The position numbers and the translations under genes are program-made. From a virus, in IMG/VR virus record IMGVR_UViG_3300032046_005540, positions 1-64,000 of that record: a stretch of 64,000 bases of DNA; one strand, written 5' to 3'. This document shows, one piece after another, positions 18,301 through 26,485 of the stretch (positions are counted from its first letter, which is position 1; the number at the start of each line of letters is the position of its first letter). A model generated the notes under the pieces. The model was not told the DNA's origin, ran no database searches, and saw nothing but the letters and a program-made list of their open reading frames with translations.

Positions 18301-18879
18301 AACATCTGTTTTTTTACCAGAGACGATATCCCAGATTTCGTCCGGAGAGTATTTGTTGAGAAAAGCTGCATAAGGAACTGGAATAGTTTCTTTTGAGAGA
18401 TCCCCTTTTTCAGGGTGAATTTCTTTCTTTTTTCCAACTTCTTCAGTTACCTCAGTTTCTTCTCCCTCAAACTTTTCTTTTTCTTTTCCGGGGCCTCGCA
18501 ACGTCTCCAAAGGAACTTTCTTTATTTGATACTTTGGATTATCAGGATCTCGACAAACCTTAATTAAACTCTCTAAAAGCTCCCGACCCCGAGGTTTCAA
18601 CTCTATTTCCGTTGATATAAAAGCTAAATACTCCCCTATAATTTGTATAAAATTAGAAGTGTTATCTTCATTTGCTTCTAAAATAACATCCGACAAAGTT
18701 TCATCTCCAAAAATGCTATACAAATTTCCAGCAAGGTCTTCAACTTCATCAGGATCTAAAGAGCCAGCTTGTTGTAGATCTTTTACTATCATAAGAACAT
18801 CTGTAATCTTTTTATAATTAATAGGACCTTTTGGAAACCCTTCAATTCCTAATTTCTTCCTCATATTCAATTTCTTCAT
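15322..18879 (-). CDS. Polyprotein B (1185 aa): LSMRKxA-delimited modules including LRV repeats, a sigma-factor-like domain and a DUF4240-like domain
   Basis: Six linker copies (KLNMRKKL, RLSMRKTA x3, KLGMRKEA, RLSMRKEG) separate unrelated domains; lies directly downstream of the portal. Confidence 0.7.
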   Translation of the reverse strand: MKKLNMRKKLGIEGFPKGPINYKKITDVLMIVKDLQQAGSLDPDEVEDLAGNLYSIFGDETLSDVILEANEDNTSNFIQIIGEYLAFISTEIELKPRGRELLESLIKVCRDPDNPKYQIKKVPLETLRGPGKEKEKFEGEETEVTEEVGKKKEIHPEKGDLSKETIPVPYAAFLNKYSPDEIWDIVSGKKTDVSEEEIEQAKEVISRGIVANRLSMRKTANGWEEYKKRQAEKLKIAENPNTPPKALAELVNNSDWNIREALAGNPNTPPEALTKLVEDKNLDVRLALAENPNTPPKALAELALIELSKRNWNVLHALMENPSTPPETLAKLQDRGEYIEQKYKRMKEKRKEFEKKLREDVGGKLMDQLIEKGQNPKVWTREKWNAFYEEVKKLKEEKRKKEEEKETKEQREERIKKEKEDKKYWENIEKAVNLAENPNTPSEVLVDLSKNHLYNVRRQIAKNPSTPIEVLVELAKDKDWTVLFELAGNLNTPPEILVELLRNRRDMPIREALAENPNTPPKALAELARSQSNSILYALLENPNTPPEALVRLKNRGFYKEEEEELEIEEVEEEEVEEEEEEIHPEKGDLSKETIPVPYAAFLNKYSPDEIWDIVSGKKTDVSEEEIEQAKEVISRGIVANRLSMRKTAQWDEVKNAFIEWIEYEGGPQHWLEHYGGDITQIHDVIAKWAHHERGFVLTYADVVELEFLFSRLLKKQIKGSRKDIANRLSMRKTAQSAPETIQKAQQGDKDAIAKVIEENESLIASSLIKWGLTPGSDDFQDTLSDIKVEMLNRVIPQYDSSKGAFSTFLTTAVYNFLRRGTRKKEYEEKQKEVSTEEPTGEDITLGETLEDKSHPLVQMTINSARENLQSYIHTKNPELEDMILRIFDLKIEDNTHEQIAETLNKEGFKSKGKPITRFIVNNLVNEWIKPALAQFFEAFKTAKLGMRKEAVMSDIEFWNYIDQIGKDSNKIEKVVPEPEWKNFVDKFSNFTENLVNTDPSGELRDGMDYASWGIISRGKEMYNQVLKDLKSEKVTLIEPMERYEGWKRSYKIFDNEKSEEFGMVVEEMRQKTKESIKPKVKVKQKVKPKTKVKPDSKLPDWLPSKITIEDEELELDEPSKETIPDILYPEYSTLLSKYTEDEIWDIVSDKKTDVSKEEIEQAKEVISRGIIANRLSMRKEGSRE
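16934..18425. repeat. Exact 205-bp direct repeat (16934-17138 = 18221-18425); diverged copies at ~15339-15470 and ~55962-56092
   Basis: Encodes EIHPEKGDLSKETIPVPYAAFLNKYSPDEIWDIVSGKKTDVSEEEIEQAKEVISRGIVANRLSMRKTA; offset 1287 bp is in frame. Confidence 0.9.
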
Positions 18880-18995
18880 CTTCCAATAATCTCCAATCTT
18901 TTTTATGTTTCATTTTACGAGTATATGCCTTTTTTACCTTAAAAATTTGTTCCCCTTTTTTAGGAAGAGGAATTCTTCTCTTTTCCTTTTCAATC

Positions 18996-21900
18996 TTAAT
19001 TTTCAGTATCACGGTTCTTCAACATCTCCTTGTTAGATTTTTTTAAACGTTTTACTTCTGCCTCAAGGCCTCCTTCTAATTCTTCCTGCATTTCTTTAGA
19101 TTTTTCTCTTAATACTTCAGGGCCGCCTCCAGGTTTTCCTTCTCCTTCTGCAACTCCTTTTCCAATAGGAGCTCTCGGAGCAGACGGAGGAAGAGGTCCT
19201 CCAAGTAGTGTTGGTCCTCCACCACCTAAAGGCTTCACTTGTTGTGTTGGAGGAAGCTCTAATCCTTCTGATATTAGTTTTTCTCTAAATTCTTTATCTT
19301 TCTTTGCATCTTTAAATTGTTGATTTCTTTGTTCTTGTTTTTCGACTTCAATCTGCCTTTGTTCTAAATCTCCGTCCAACTTCAACACTCTATAATATGT
19401 AGCATCACTAATCTTTCTAACTCCTGGAAACATCTTATCAAAAGACATTAAAAATTGTCTGTATTGTGCATCTGAGGTCAAAGATAGTAAATCCCACTTC
19501 ATTTTCGGATAAATATATTTTGGTCTTACTGCTAAACCATTTTCAGCGTCTTCTTGTGCTTTTTTTCTAATAAATTCTTTAAACTCAAAATTATCTTGTA
19601 AATCTCTTAAAGTTTTTTGAGCAAATCTTTGTTCCATAAAATTCTTCATTGCTTTTGCATCACCATAAACTTTGCCTTTATAATTCTTACCTACAACTGT
19701 TTTATCTGTTTGATAAAAACCACACAATCTCGATACTACTTCAAACAAACCTTTATGCACAAAATTTTCTAACCTCAACTGAAAATGTAAATATCGTTGC
19801 CTCAAAACTTCTAAATTCATGTATGCAGTAGCATACGTTGCAGTCCCTCCAGAAAGCAGTGCTTCACTTATTCCTAAGCCTAAGAATTTAAGTTTTCGTA
19901 TTCTATCATGCTCAGGAGTAAGGTTTAAAATTTTACCGGAGGCTCCATAGAATTGAATATCCAGGCCATAATGGTAAAAGATGGTCTGGCCCTGAACTGC
20001 TATCTCACCACCACGTCTTGTTATTATAATTCCTGTAGGAACTGATACACACCAAATTTTACCTTTATAAAATTCTCTCTGTATTTTTGTGCAAGTTAAT
20101 TCATTACCATCAACTATTTTTTTATTTGGATCTTTTTGAATTTCGATTTTTCTATTTTTAATTTGATTCCAAATTAAAACATGATTTATTCCCAATTTAG
20201 TTGCTAAAGTTCTTACGTTTCCATTCACTTTTTCTAACAAAGATTCTAAATCTATCTTATCCCAATCAATTTGTTTCTTTTTTCTATAAATTTCAACTTC
20301 ACTTAAATCAATAGGAGTTTTTTCATTTTCATTAGGAATAAGAGGAAACTTTTTTTCAACTGTTTCAGAAACACTTAACATATAAAGATCATAATAAGGA
20401 GTACCATCTTCTCTATTATAACATCTCTTTCCTTCCTTTAATAAATAAGAATGAGAAGATCGAGTTCTTAAAAAAGTACCATAACCTAACTTCAAAGCAA
20501 TTTCCTGCATATCATCTATAAGTTGTTTTGAAACTGAAGCTCCTTCCCATAATATACTATTTTTTTGTTTTATACAAGTACCATCACCTTGTAACCAAGC
20601 TTTTAAAAGTAAATCAAGATGTTTCTTATCAGCATTTAACATCCAGCGAGGAACGTGTTTATTAATTTTTTCACTACAGGTCTCTTTTAAATATCTTCCT
20701 AATTTTACATTATTAATCACAAAATGATCTTCATTTTTGCGCACATTCCAAGGTAATCTTTTTGATAAATTTTCTAATATTTGAACGCCTTCTACTTTTG
20801 ATTGTGTTATATTAACACTATAAGGCTCTGTATGACTATGGTAACATAAACAACCTTCTGCTAACCACCAACCAACAAATTCAAACCAAGCTTCAGAATT
20901 TACTTGCTCTCCAGCAATCTCTAACATCTTTGGGGGTTTTTCACCTTCATAGTTATCCACACAAGCTCTAAATCTATCAGTTGCCCTTACATTTTCAGCA
21001 TGAACTATCTGCCATTCTTCATCTCTATTTACTAACATTCTATGATTTGGAGTTACTTTAATATCAACATGCTTCGTTTTAAAATGAATCATATCCCCTT
21101 CATAATCTTGGATCGTAATAATAGAAGGGTTATAATATTCAAGCGAATTATTTTCCTTATTAAAACTAGCGACCTTATGATTATAAGTTAACTCATCATA
21201 TTTAACCCAACCTTTATCTGTTAAACATTCAGTTTGATCATCATAACAGAAATTAGGATCCACCTCTCTGGCACTAAAAAGTTCCTTCACATCTTCCATT
21301 TCCTCTTGGCCGGGGATCCAGCCACTGGCTGGATCGCCAAGTTTAACCACTGTTATAGGAATCACTTGCCTAGTAGCAATAGAAAAGTTTGCCATATTTA
21401 ATCTATCTTCATAAATCAACATTTTCAAAATACGTTTGATAATTGACTTACCTAAATTTTCATATGGAGCTTTGTTGTGAGCAATAAAAAAAGTATTATT
21501 TGGATCTAAAGGAATTTCTTGACCTAATCTAACAAACTTAATAATTTCTGGAGAAAGTTGATTATATAAAAACTTAGGTTGGCCAGAGCTTACAATTCTT
21601 TTTAATGCTTCATCTGGTTGAAGTTTAATTAGAGGTTTTTGATTCAGCCAAGTAGACTCAACAGTAACATAGTCTGGGTTTAGGACCGCGAACTGATCCC
21701 ACATAAAATCTACTTCATTCCAAGCACCAAATAAAAATACATTTCCAATTCGCCAATATTCTAAACCTAAATCAAACAAAAGTTGATCTCCATGAATCCT
21801 ATCCCACATTTCTTCAAAATGAGCTTGGATTCCAGGATCGCCACAAGTTGAAAATCCATATCCAGCTAAGGGAAATTCTGTGTGAAGACGAATTGCGTTA

Positions 21901-22196
21901 CCAACTATAGGATCTGTATCATCAAAAAATCTATATAAACCATTTAGAGTTCTTAGATCGGTAGGAATAGAAAGGGTAGTAAATGTATAACGTGGATCAT
22001 TGAAAGTAGGAGCAGTCCTACTTATATCTGCGGCTTGTGTCCTTATTCTTGCTTTGAAATCTTGAGATTTATCAAAAGAAGCTCCTCGAATTGGTTTGAA
22101 TTCTGGAACTTTTATAAGACCTTGATTTTGATTTATATTTTTACTTTTACCATATCTGTCAGTATTAACAATTCGACCTCCAATAAGATAACCCAT
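18996..22196 (-). CDS. Portal protein with intein
   Basis: YRFF...DPIVGNAI.LHTEFPL...EYW.IGNVF...LNPDY...G.SII.R....L.YED.L..A..IA.R...PI.VVKLG; located between terminase and capsid genes. Confidence 0.82.
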   Translation of the reverse strand: MGYLIGGRIVNTDRYGKSKNINQNQGLIKVPEFKPIRGASFDKSQDFKARIRTQAADISRTAPTFNDPRYTFTTLSIPTDLRTLNGLYRFFDDTDPIVGNAIRLHTEFPLAGYGFSTCGDPGIQAHFEEMWDRIHGDQLLFDLGLEYWRIGNVFLFGAWNEVDFMWDQFAVLNPDYVTVESTWLNQKPLIKLQPDEALKRIVSSGQPKFLYNQLSPEIIKFVRLGQEIPLDPNNTFFIAHNKAPYENLGKSIIKRILKMLIYEDRLNMANFSIATRQVIPITVVKLGDPASGWIPGQEEMEDVKELFSAREVDPNFCYDDQTECLTDKGWVKYDELTYNHKVASFNKENNSLEYYNPSIITIQDYEGDMIHFKTKHVDIKVTPNHRMLVNRDEEWQIVHAENVRATDRFRACVDNYEGEKPPKMLEIAGEQVNSEAWFEFVGWWLAEGCLCYHSHTEPYSVNITQSKVEGVQILENLSKRLPWNVRKNEDHFVINNVKLGRYLKETCSEKINKHVPRWMLNADKKHLDLLLKAWLQGDGTCIKQKNSILWEGASVSKQLIDDMQEIALKLGYGTFLRTRSSHSYLLKEGKRCYNREDGTPYYDLYMLSVSETVEKKFPLIPNENEKTPIDLSEVEIYRKKKQIDWDKIDLESLLEKVNGNVRTLATKLGINHVLIWNQIKNRKIEIQKDPNKKIVDGNELTCTKIQREFYKGKIWCVSVPTGIIITRRGGEIAVQGQTIFYHYGLDIQFYGASGKILNLTPEHDRIRKLKFLGLGISEALLSGGTATYATAYMNLEVLRQRYLHFQLRLENFVHKGLFEVVSRLCGFYQTDKTVVGKNYKGKVYGDAKAMKNFMEQRFAQKTLRDLQDNFEFKEFIRKKAQEDAENGLAVRPKYIYPKMKWDLLSLTSDAQYRQFLMSFDKMFPGVRKISDATYYRVLKLDGDLEQRQIEVEKQEQRNQQFKDAKKDKEFREKLISEGLELPPTQQVKPLGGGGPTLLGGPLPPSAPRAPIGKGVAEGEGKPGGGPEVLREKSKEMQEELEGGLEAEVKRLKKSNKEMLKNRDTEN
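19986..21248 (-). mobile_element. Intein (421 aa, LAGLIDADG-type) in portal, ending in Gln
   Basis: DPNF|CYDDQTECLTDKGW...VTPNHRM...GWWLAEG...AWLQGDG...IWCVSVPTGIIITRRGGEIAVQGQ|TIFYH. Confidence 0.88.
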
Positions 22197-22244
22197 ACTT
22201 CTCCTTTAAAATTATTCAATTATTATTTTTTAATAATTTCAAAT

Positions 22245-22481
22245 ATAGAGGCTGGCCTGTTTTAGTAAGGTCAGCCTCTATCACTTCTAATCTACTTCCA
22301 TAAAGGACTTTCACTACTATCTACGCATCCTAAATTTCTTACGATAGTAGTTTCATCATTAAACGATGCCATCACCAATCCATTTCCGATCTAGAAAATG
22401 GGGTCATCGTAATACAAAAGAGAATTTACCCAATCCCAAAGTCAATTCTCTTCTCGCTGGGCTTATAGGAGTTACAGCGAG
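22245..22481. ncRNA. Candidate structured non-coding RNA (five consecutive hairpins) upstream of the portal gene
   Basis: Stems 22245-58/22268-81, 22313-21/22343-51, 22363-68/22405-10 (nested CCATTT/AAATGG), 22418-26/22444-52 and 22453-59/22475-81; GC-richer than the flanks; no credible ORF. Confidence 0.5.
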
Positions 22482-22509
22482 TGCATATTTATATAAAAAC
22501 AAAAATTTA

Positions 22510-23211
22510 CTATTTCCACCTTCTTGAAGGAAGAGTTCTTATTTTCTTCCAACCTAATTTTTCTAAACCTAAAGTCAATATATTTAAAATTCTACCTTCC
22601 AGTGTAATATTATTTGTAGCTAACACTTCAATAATATCAGACAACAAAAACCCTTGAGTTATAGTAGGTTTTTCAAGACTTCCTTTTTCACAACGACTTA
22701 TAGCTACATCAACTTCTTTATATAAATCTTCTAATGTTTTATGATTCGAAATAATACAATCCCAACTTTCCCAATCTTTAAGATCATTTTCAGAAGCATG
22801 GTCTGGGTTTGCTTCAATCAATTCCTCTACATTAGGTCTTATAACTTTCCAAAGTTGCCCTCCTTTACTTTTCCCCCATTCAGCTTCATTTTTAAATCTT
22901 ACATCTGAAATTACAATATTTTTACCTTTAAAAAAAGGCTCACTTAATCTTTCTTCAAGTTTTTTAACCCAAAAATCAAAATCTTTTGCCCTACCTATTT
23001 CAGTTCCTAAAAGTTGCATGAATTTTCTACTTTCAGGAGTTTTATTTACATAAATTTCATCGTGGTTCCAACCAAATATTTTTATTGCTAATTCTTTCAA
23101 ATAATCTGCAAAACCTACTTCAGCATATCCATACTCTTCACAAAGTCTTTTAGCAACTTCACCTTTACCAGAACGCGCTTTACCATGAAGGAGAATTAAT
23201 TTGGGTTTCAT
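22510..23211 (-). CDS. Deoxynucleoside monophosphate kinase (T4 gp1-like)
   Basis: GKARSGKG P-loop, FADYLK, R.FMQLLGTEIGR, ISDVRFKNE and HASE motifs. Confidence 0.88.
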   Translation of the reverse strand: MKPKLILLHGKARSGKGEVAKRLCEEYGYAEVGFADYLKELAIKIFGWNHDEIYVNKTPESRKFMQLLGTEIGRAKDFDFWVKKLEERLSEPFFKGKNIVISDVRFKNEAEWGKSKGGQLWKVIRPNVEELIEANPDHASENDLKDWESWDCIISNHKTLEDLYKEVDVAISRCEKGSLEKPTITQGFLLSDIIEVLATNNITLEGRILNILTLGLEKLGWKKIRTLPSRRWK

Positions 23212-23212
23212 T

Positions 23213-23783
23213 TTACACCCTAAAATTTTTTATACATACTGAATTTTGTAAATACCCTTGAGATACCAAATATATTCTGCTATTCCAACGCCATTCTTCA
23301 ATTATTTTTTTCGTCGATGAAAATAACATCCTAAACAATCTATATCTAAACAAACCTTTTCGCTTTATTTCTGGTAATTTTATAATAGGTATCCCAAACA
23401 CTGTTTCAGAAGTTGCTTTAGGTAAAGAAACTATTAAATTCTTAATTATCTCTTCAGGAGCAACAACCAAATCATACTTCGGTTTCTCTTTGGGAAGCAA
23501 ATTATATGCTTTTGTTAATGTTTCAAGCGATAATGGTTTTTCTTTATTTATCATTAATATTCTTTTGAATTTTAAGTTCTCCAGTAGCAAGCTTAATTAC
23601 AATTCCACCTAAAAGACATTCACCTGCGGGATGAACAACTGCTGCTGCAGCCATTTCATATATGTCAAGTAAAGCTAACCGGTATCCATCCGTTTCCCTA
23701 AGCTTTTGTCTTTCTTCTAAAGATTTAGCATACAAATCTTTATACTTTTCTTTAGCTTCAGCTATCATCTTAATATCAAACAC
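23213..23783 (-). CDS. Two small hypothetical proteins (23213-~23554 and 23544-23783)
   Basis: ORF track; tightly packed in the operon; no recognisable motif. Confidence 0.45.
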
Positions 23784-23838
23784 TCTTCACCTTTTGGAAA
23801 AAATTTTCTTAAAAAATTAAAAACAATAGATAGAACCA

Positions 23839-23878
23839 TCTATTATCTATTATGATACATTTTTCTAAAAAATGATAC
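23839..23878 (-). promoter_or_regulatory. Putative class-II (late?) promoter, copy 2
   Basis: GTATCATTTTTTAGAAAAATGTATCATAATAGATAATAGA matches 13141-13180. Confidence 0.55.
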
Positions 23879-24327
23879 TATTTTAGATCTTCATTTATTT
23901 CTTCATCTTTTCCATACCAATTAATAATATAATCAATAGCCTCTTCAATTTTAGGAAAAGCCTTAGCACAAACAATTTTTACCCAATAGTGATTTCTCAA
24001 AGCTTCATTATCAGAAACTAAAACCACAGGAATATGATGAAGGTATGCAAACATACATTCACAAGGAGTTCCAAAAGATATTTTTCGACCTCCTTCATTT
24101 ATTACTGCAAGAACAACATGCGCTCTAGAAACATCTTGTAAATCTCTTGCTACAATTTCAGAAGGTTCAAAACTTGCCCACTTTGAAGGTCCTCCTTTAC
24201 ACCTTAGAGGATCAAGGCACATAAAACCAACATCTCGTAATTTTTTAGCAGCTTCTTTACGATAAAAAGTATCTTTATCTCCAATGCTTATTTTACCTGC
24301 TAAATACACGATTTTTTTCTCCATCAT
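23878..24327 (-). CDS. Nucleoside 2-deoxyribosyltransferase/NMP glycosidase-like protein
   Basis: VYLAGKI...DPLR...IVARDL.DV...VVLA...SFGT.CE..FAY..HIPVV. Confidence 0.8.
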   Translation of the reverse strand: MMEKKIVYLAGKISIGDKDTFYRKEAAKKLRDVGFMCLDPLRCKGGPSKWASFEPSEIVARDLQDVSRAHVVLAVINEGGRKISFGTPCECMFAYLHHIPVVLVSDNEALRNHYWVKIVCAKAFPKIEEAIDYIINWYGKDEEINEDLK

Positions 24328-24379
24328 TCACCTCTATTATAAAATACAAAAATTAATGTCAATATTAACTTTACTTTGT

Positions 24380-24934
24380 TTATTCAAAATGTTTTTGCCA
24401 CTTTCCTTTTTCATATTTGTCATCCATAAAAGTTTTCCAATGTCTAAATAAAGTATCCCACCTACTAACAATAAAACTAAAAATCATGCGTTTTTCTACC
24501 TCTGGAGCGTCATTATAAATCTCTTGAAGTGAAATCCAATTATCATTTAACATTGGGAGACCATTATAATCTGTTTTTGTAATATACTCTTGTTCAATCT
24601 TTTCAACCAAGGCTCTAAAAACATCCCAATGTCTTAATTCACGTTCCTTTTCATTCAAACTACTAAATGTGGTTTTATAAAGAATAGTTAAGTTTGCTTT
24701 TTTAATAATATCATCTAATTTTTCACTCATTCCATTCTCCTATCCAATTATTAAATGTTTTATTCCTTCAAAAAAACCTTCCCAAAAAATACTAAATCGT
24801 GCGTAGTTAAATGAAATAGTATTAGTTCCTATCTTTTTAAAACTAAAACCGAATAAATCTTTCCAAAAACAATTAATCATTCCTCCTTTATAGTTAAATC
24901 TTAACGCTTTAAAATCAGGATATACATATCTCAT
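24380..24934 (-). CDS. Two hypothetical proteins (24380-24730, 24740-24934)
   Basis: ORF track with GGAG RBSs. Confidence 0.45.
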
Positions 24935-24949
24935 TTTACTTATCTCCTT

Positions 24950-25699
24950 TTAAAGTTTAGTTAAAATTTCAGGTTTTCCATCTACAATTACAATAGTATG
25001 CTCACAGTGAACGGATAAAGAACCGTCTTTAGTTACAATAGTCCAACCATTATCTAAAGTTCTAACAGCTCTTTTTCCACAACAAATCATTGGCTCGATA
25101 CTGAACACCATACCATTTTGGATTATACTACCTAATTCTTTACATGAACACCACCAATTTGGAACAAAAGGATCTTCATGTAACTCCTTTCCTATTCCAT
25201 GACCTCCATAATCACGAATAACATTAAAACCATTACTTCTAACATAACTATAAATAGCAGATGATATATCGTTTATTTTATTACCTACAATTGCTTTCTC
25301 AATTCCTTTTTCTAAACTTTGATTACAAACATCAGCTAACCTTTTTACAGAATCAGAAACATTTTCTACACAAACAATTATTGCGGCGTCTGCACAAAAA
25401 CCATTTTTTGAAATGCAAACATCAAAAGTTAATATATCTCCTTCTTTAAGTTTTCTATCTGAAGGTATTCCATGAACAACTTCTTCATTTATAGAAATAC
25501 AAATTGCTTTAGGAAAACCTTTTGTAAATGTTGCTGGAGTAGCTCCATTACCTCGAATAAAAGTATCTGCAATATTATTTAATTCAATAGTGCTAATATC
25601 AGGAACAGTAGATTTATGTAATAGATCTAAAGTTTGAGCTACAATTTTTCCATTTTGTCTAATTGTTTCGATTTCTTCTTTAGTTTTTATCGTAATCAT
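24950..25699 (-). CDS. map: Methionine aminopeptidase type I
   Basis: CISINEEVVHGIP, GDILTFD, D-A-A, GHGIGKELHEDP, FSIEPM and SVHCEHT metal-binding motifs. Confidence 0.95.
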   Translation of the reverse strand: MITIKTKEEIETIRQNGKIVAQTLDLLHKSTVPDISTIELNNIADTFIRGNGATPATFTKGFPKAICISINEEVVHGIPSDRKLKEGDILTFDVCISKNGFCADAAIIVCVENVSDSVKRLADVCNQSLEKGIEKAIVGNKINDISSAIYSYVRSNGFNVIRDYGGHGIGKELHEDPFVPNWWCSCKELGSIIQNGMVFSIEPMICCGKRAVRTLDNGWTIVTKDGSLSVHCEHTIVIVDGKPEILTKL

Positions 25700-25702
25700 T
25701 CT

Positions 25703-25906
25703 TTACCCCCATTTATTCAAAAATTTTAAATAAGCACGGACAAACCAAAAAAGAACCATCACAGGCCAAATAATCATAACACAAATTAAACTTACTTCAC
25801 CTAACCAATCATCAAACCATTCTTCGAAATAAGAAGGGTTCAATATTCTAAGGCATAAAGGTAACAAAAACCACCCTAAAACATAAATCAATAATATTAA
25901 ATTCAT
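25703..25906 (-). CDS. Small two-TM membrane protein
   Basis: Two hydrophobic segments; AGGAG RBS. Confidence 0.5.
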   Translation of the reverse strand: MNLILLIYVLGWFLLPLCLRILNPSYFEEWFDDWLGEVSLICVMIIWPVMVLFWFVRAYLKFLNKWG

Positions 25907-25928
25907 ATTAATCTCCTTTATAATTTTA

Positions 25929-26001
25929 TAGCCCCAACGAGAATTGAACTCGTATTTACAGCTTGAAGGGCTGTTATCCTAACCATTTAGATGATGGGGC
26001 T
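25929..26001 (-). tRNA. tRNA-Glu (TTC), atypical
   Basis: AGCCCCA/TGGGGCT acceptor stem, D arm with GG, ACAGC-ccTTCaa-GCTGT anticodon arm, ACGAG-ttcaatt-CTCGT T arm; C33 replaces U33; no encoded CCA. Confidence 0.75.
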
Positions 26002-26209
26002 CATTTTCATCATTGTTTTCTATTACCGGTCCTTCTTTTCTTAATTCAATAGCACAAGTTAAATCAAAAATGCTTCCATTTAATTTATCAATACAATCTT
26101 GAATAACTTTCTTTCTTTCTTCTAAATAGTCTTGTTCTTTAGCTACTAAGAGTTGATCTCTCATTTGAGAGATTTGATCGATTACTCCACAATAAATCAT
26201 ATAATACAT
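25979..26209 (-). CDS. Hypothetical protein; 3' end overlaps the tRNA
   Basis: ORF track; AGGAAG upstream. Confidence 0.45.
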   Translation of the reverse strand: MYYMIYCGVIDQISQMRDQLLVAKEQDYLEERKKVIQDCIDKLNGSIFDLTCAIELRKEGPVIENNDENEPHHLNG

Positions 26210-26221
26210 AATTTCTTCCTA

Positions 26222-26485
26222 TTAATATACATCCCCGTTTTCTTTTATCTTTTCATTTTCATATTCAGCAATTGCTCTTCTATACATTTCTAACTTACAA
26301 CATTCTAAAACTCCTACAATTTCATTATATCTTTTGTAATTTGGAGTTTCCCCTAAAGCCTCTTTAAGTATTTTAGTAATTATATAATTTAATGTTCCAG
26401 GTTCGGTGCCTATACAAATGGTTTCTAAAATTTCTTTAATAACATTATCCCAATCTTTTCTATGTGCTTTTGGTATATAAGGCAT
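26222..26485 (-). CDS. Conserved small phage protein (MPYI...G.LNY.IT...GVLEC.KLE.YRR...YE..KI.ENGDV family)
   Basis: Recognisable phage motif pattern; start moved to MPYI, which follows GGAG. Confidence 0.65.
   Translation of the reverse strand: MPYIPKAHRKDWDNVIKEILETICIGTEPGTLNYIITKILKEALGETPNYKRYNEIVGVLECCKLEMYRRAIAEYENEKIKENGDVY

Noticed and set aside
22305-22365. Hammerhead-like core on the minus strand (aTGATGA-stem-GAAA) and RNase P-like GAAAGTCC
   Set aside because: The conserved C3 is A, there is an extra base before stem II, stems I/III are not evident, and other RNase P conserved regions were not found.
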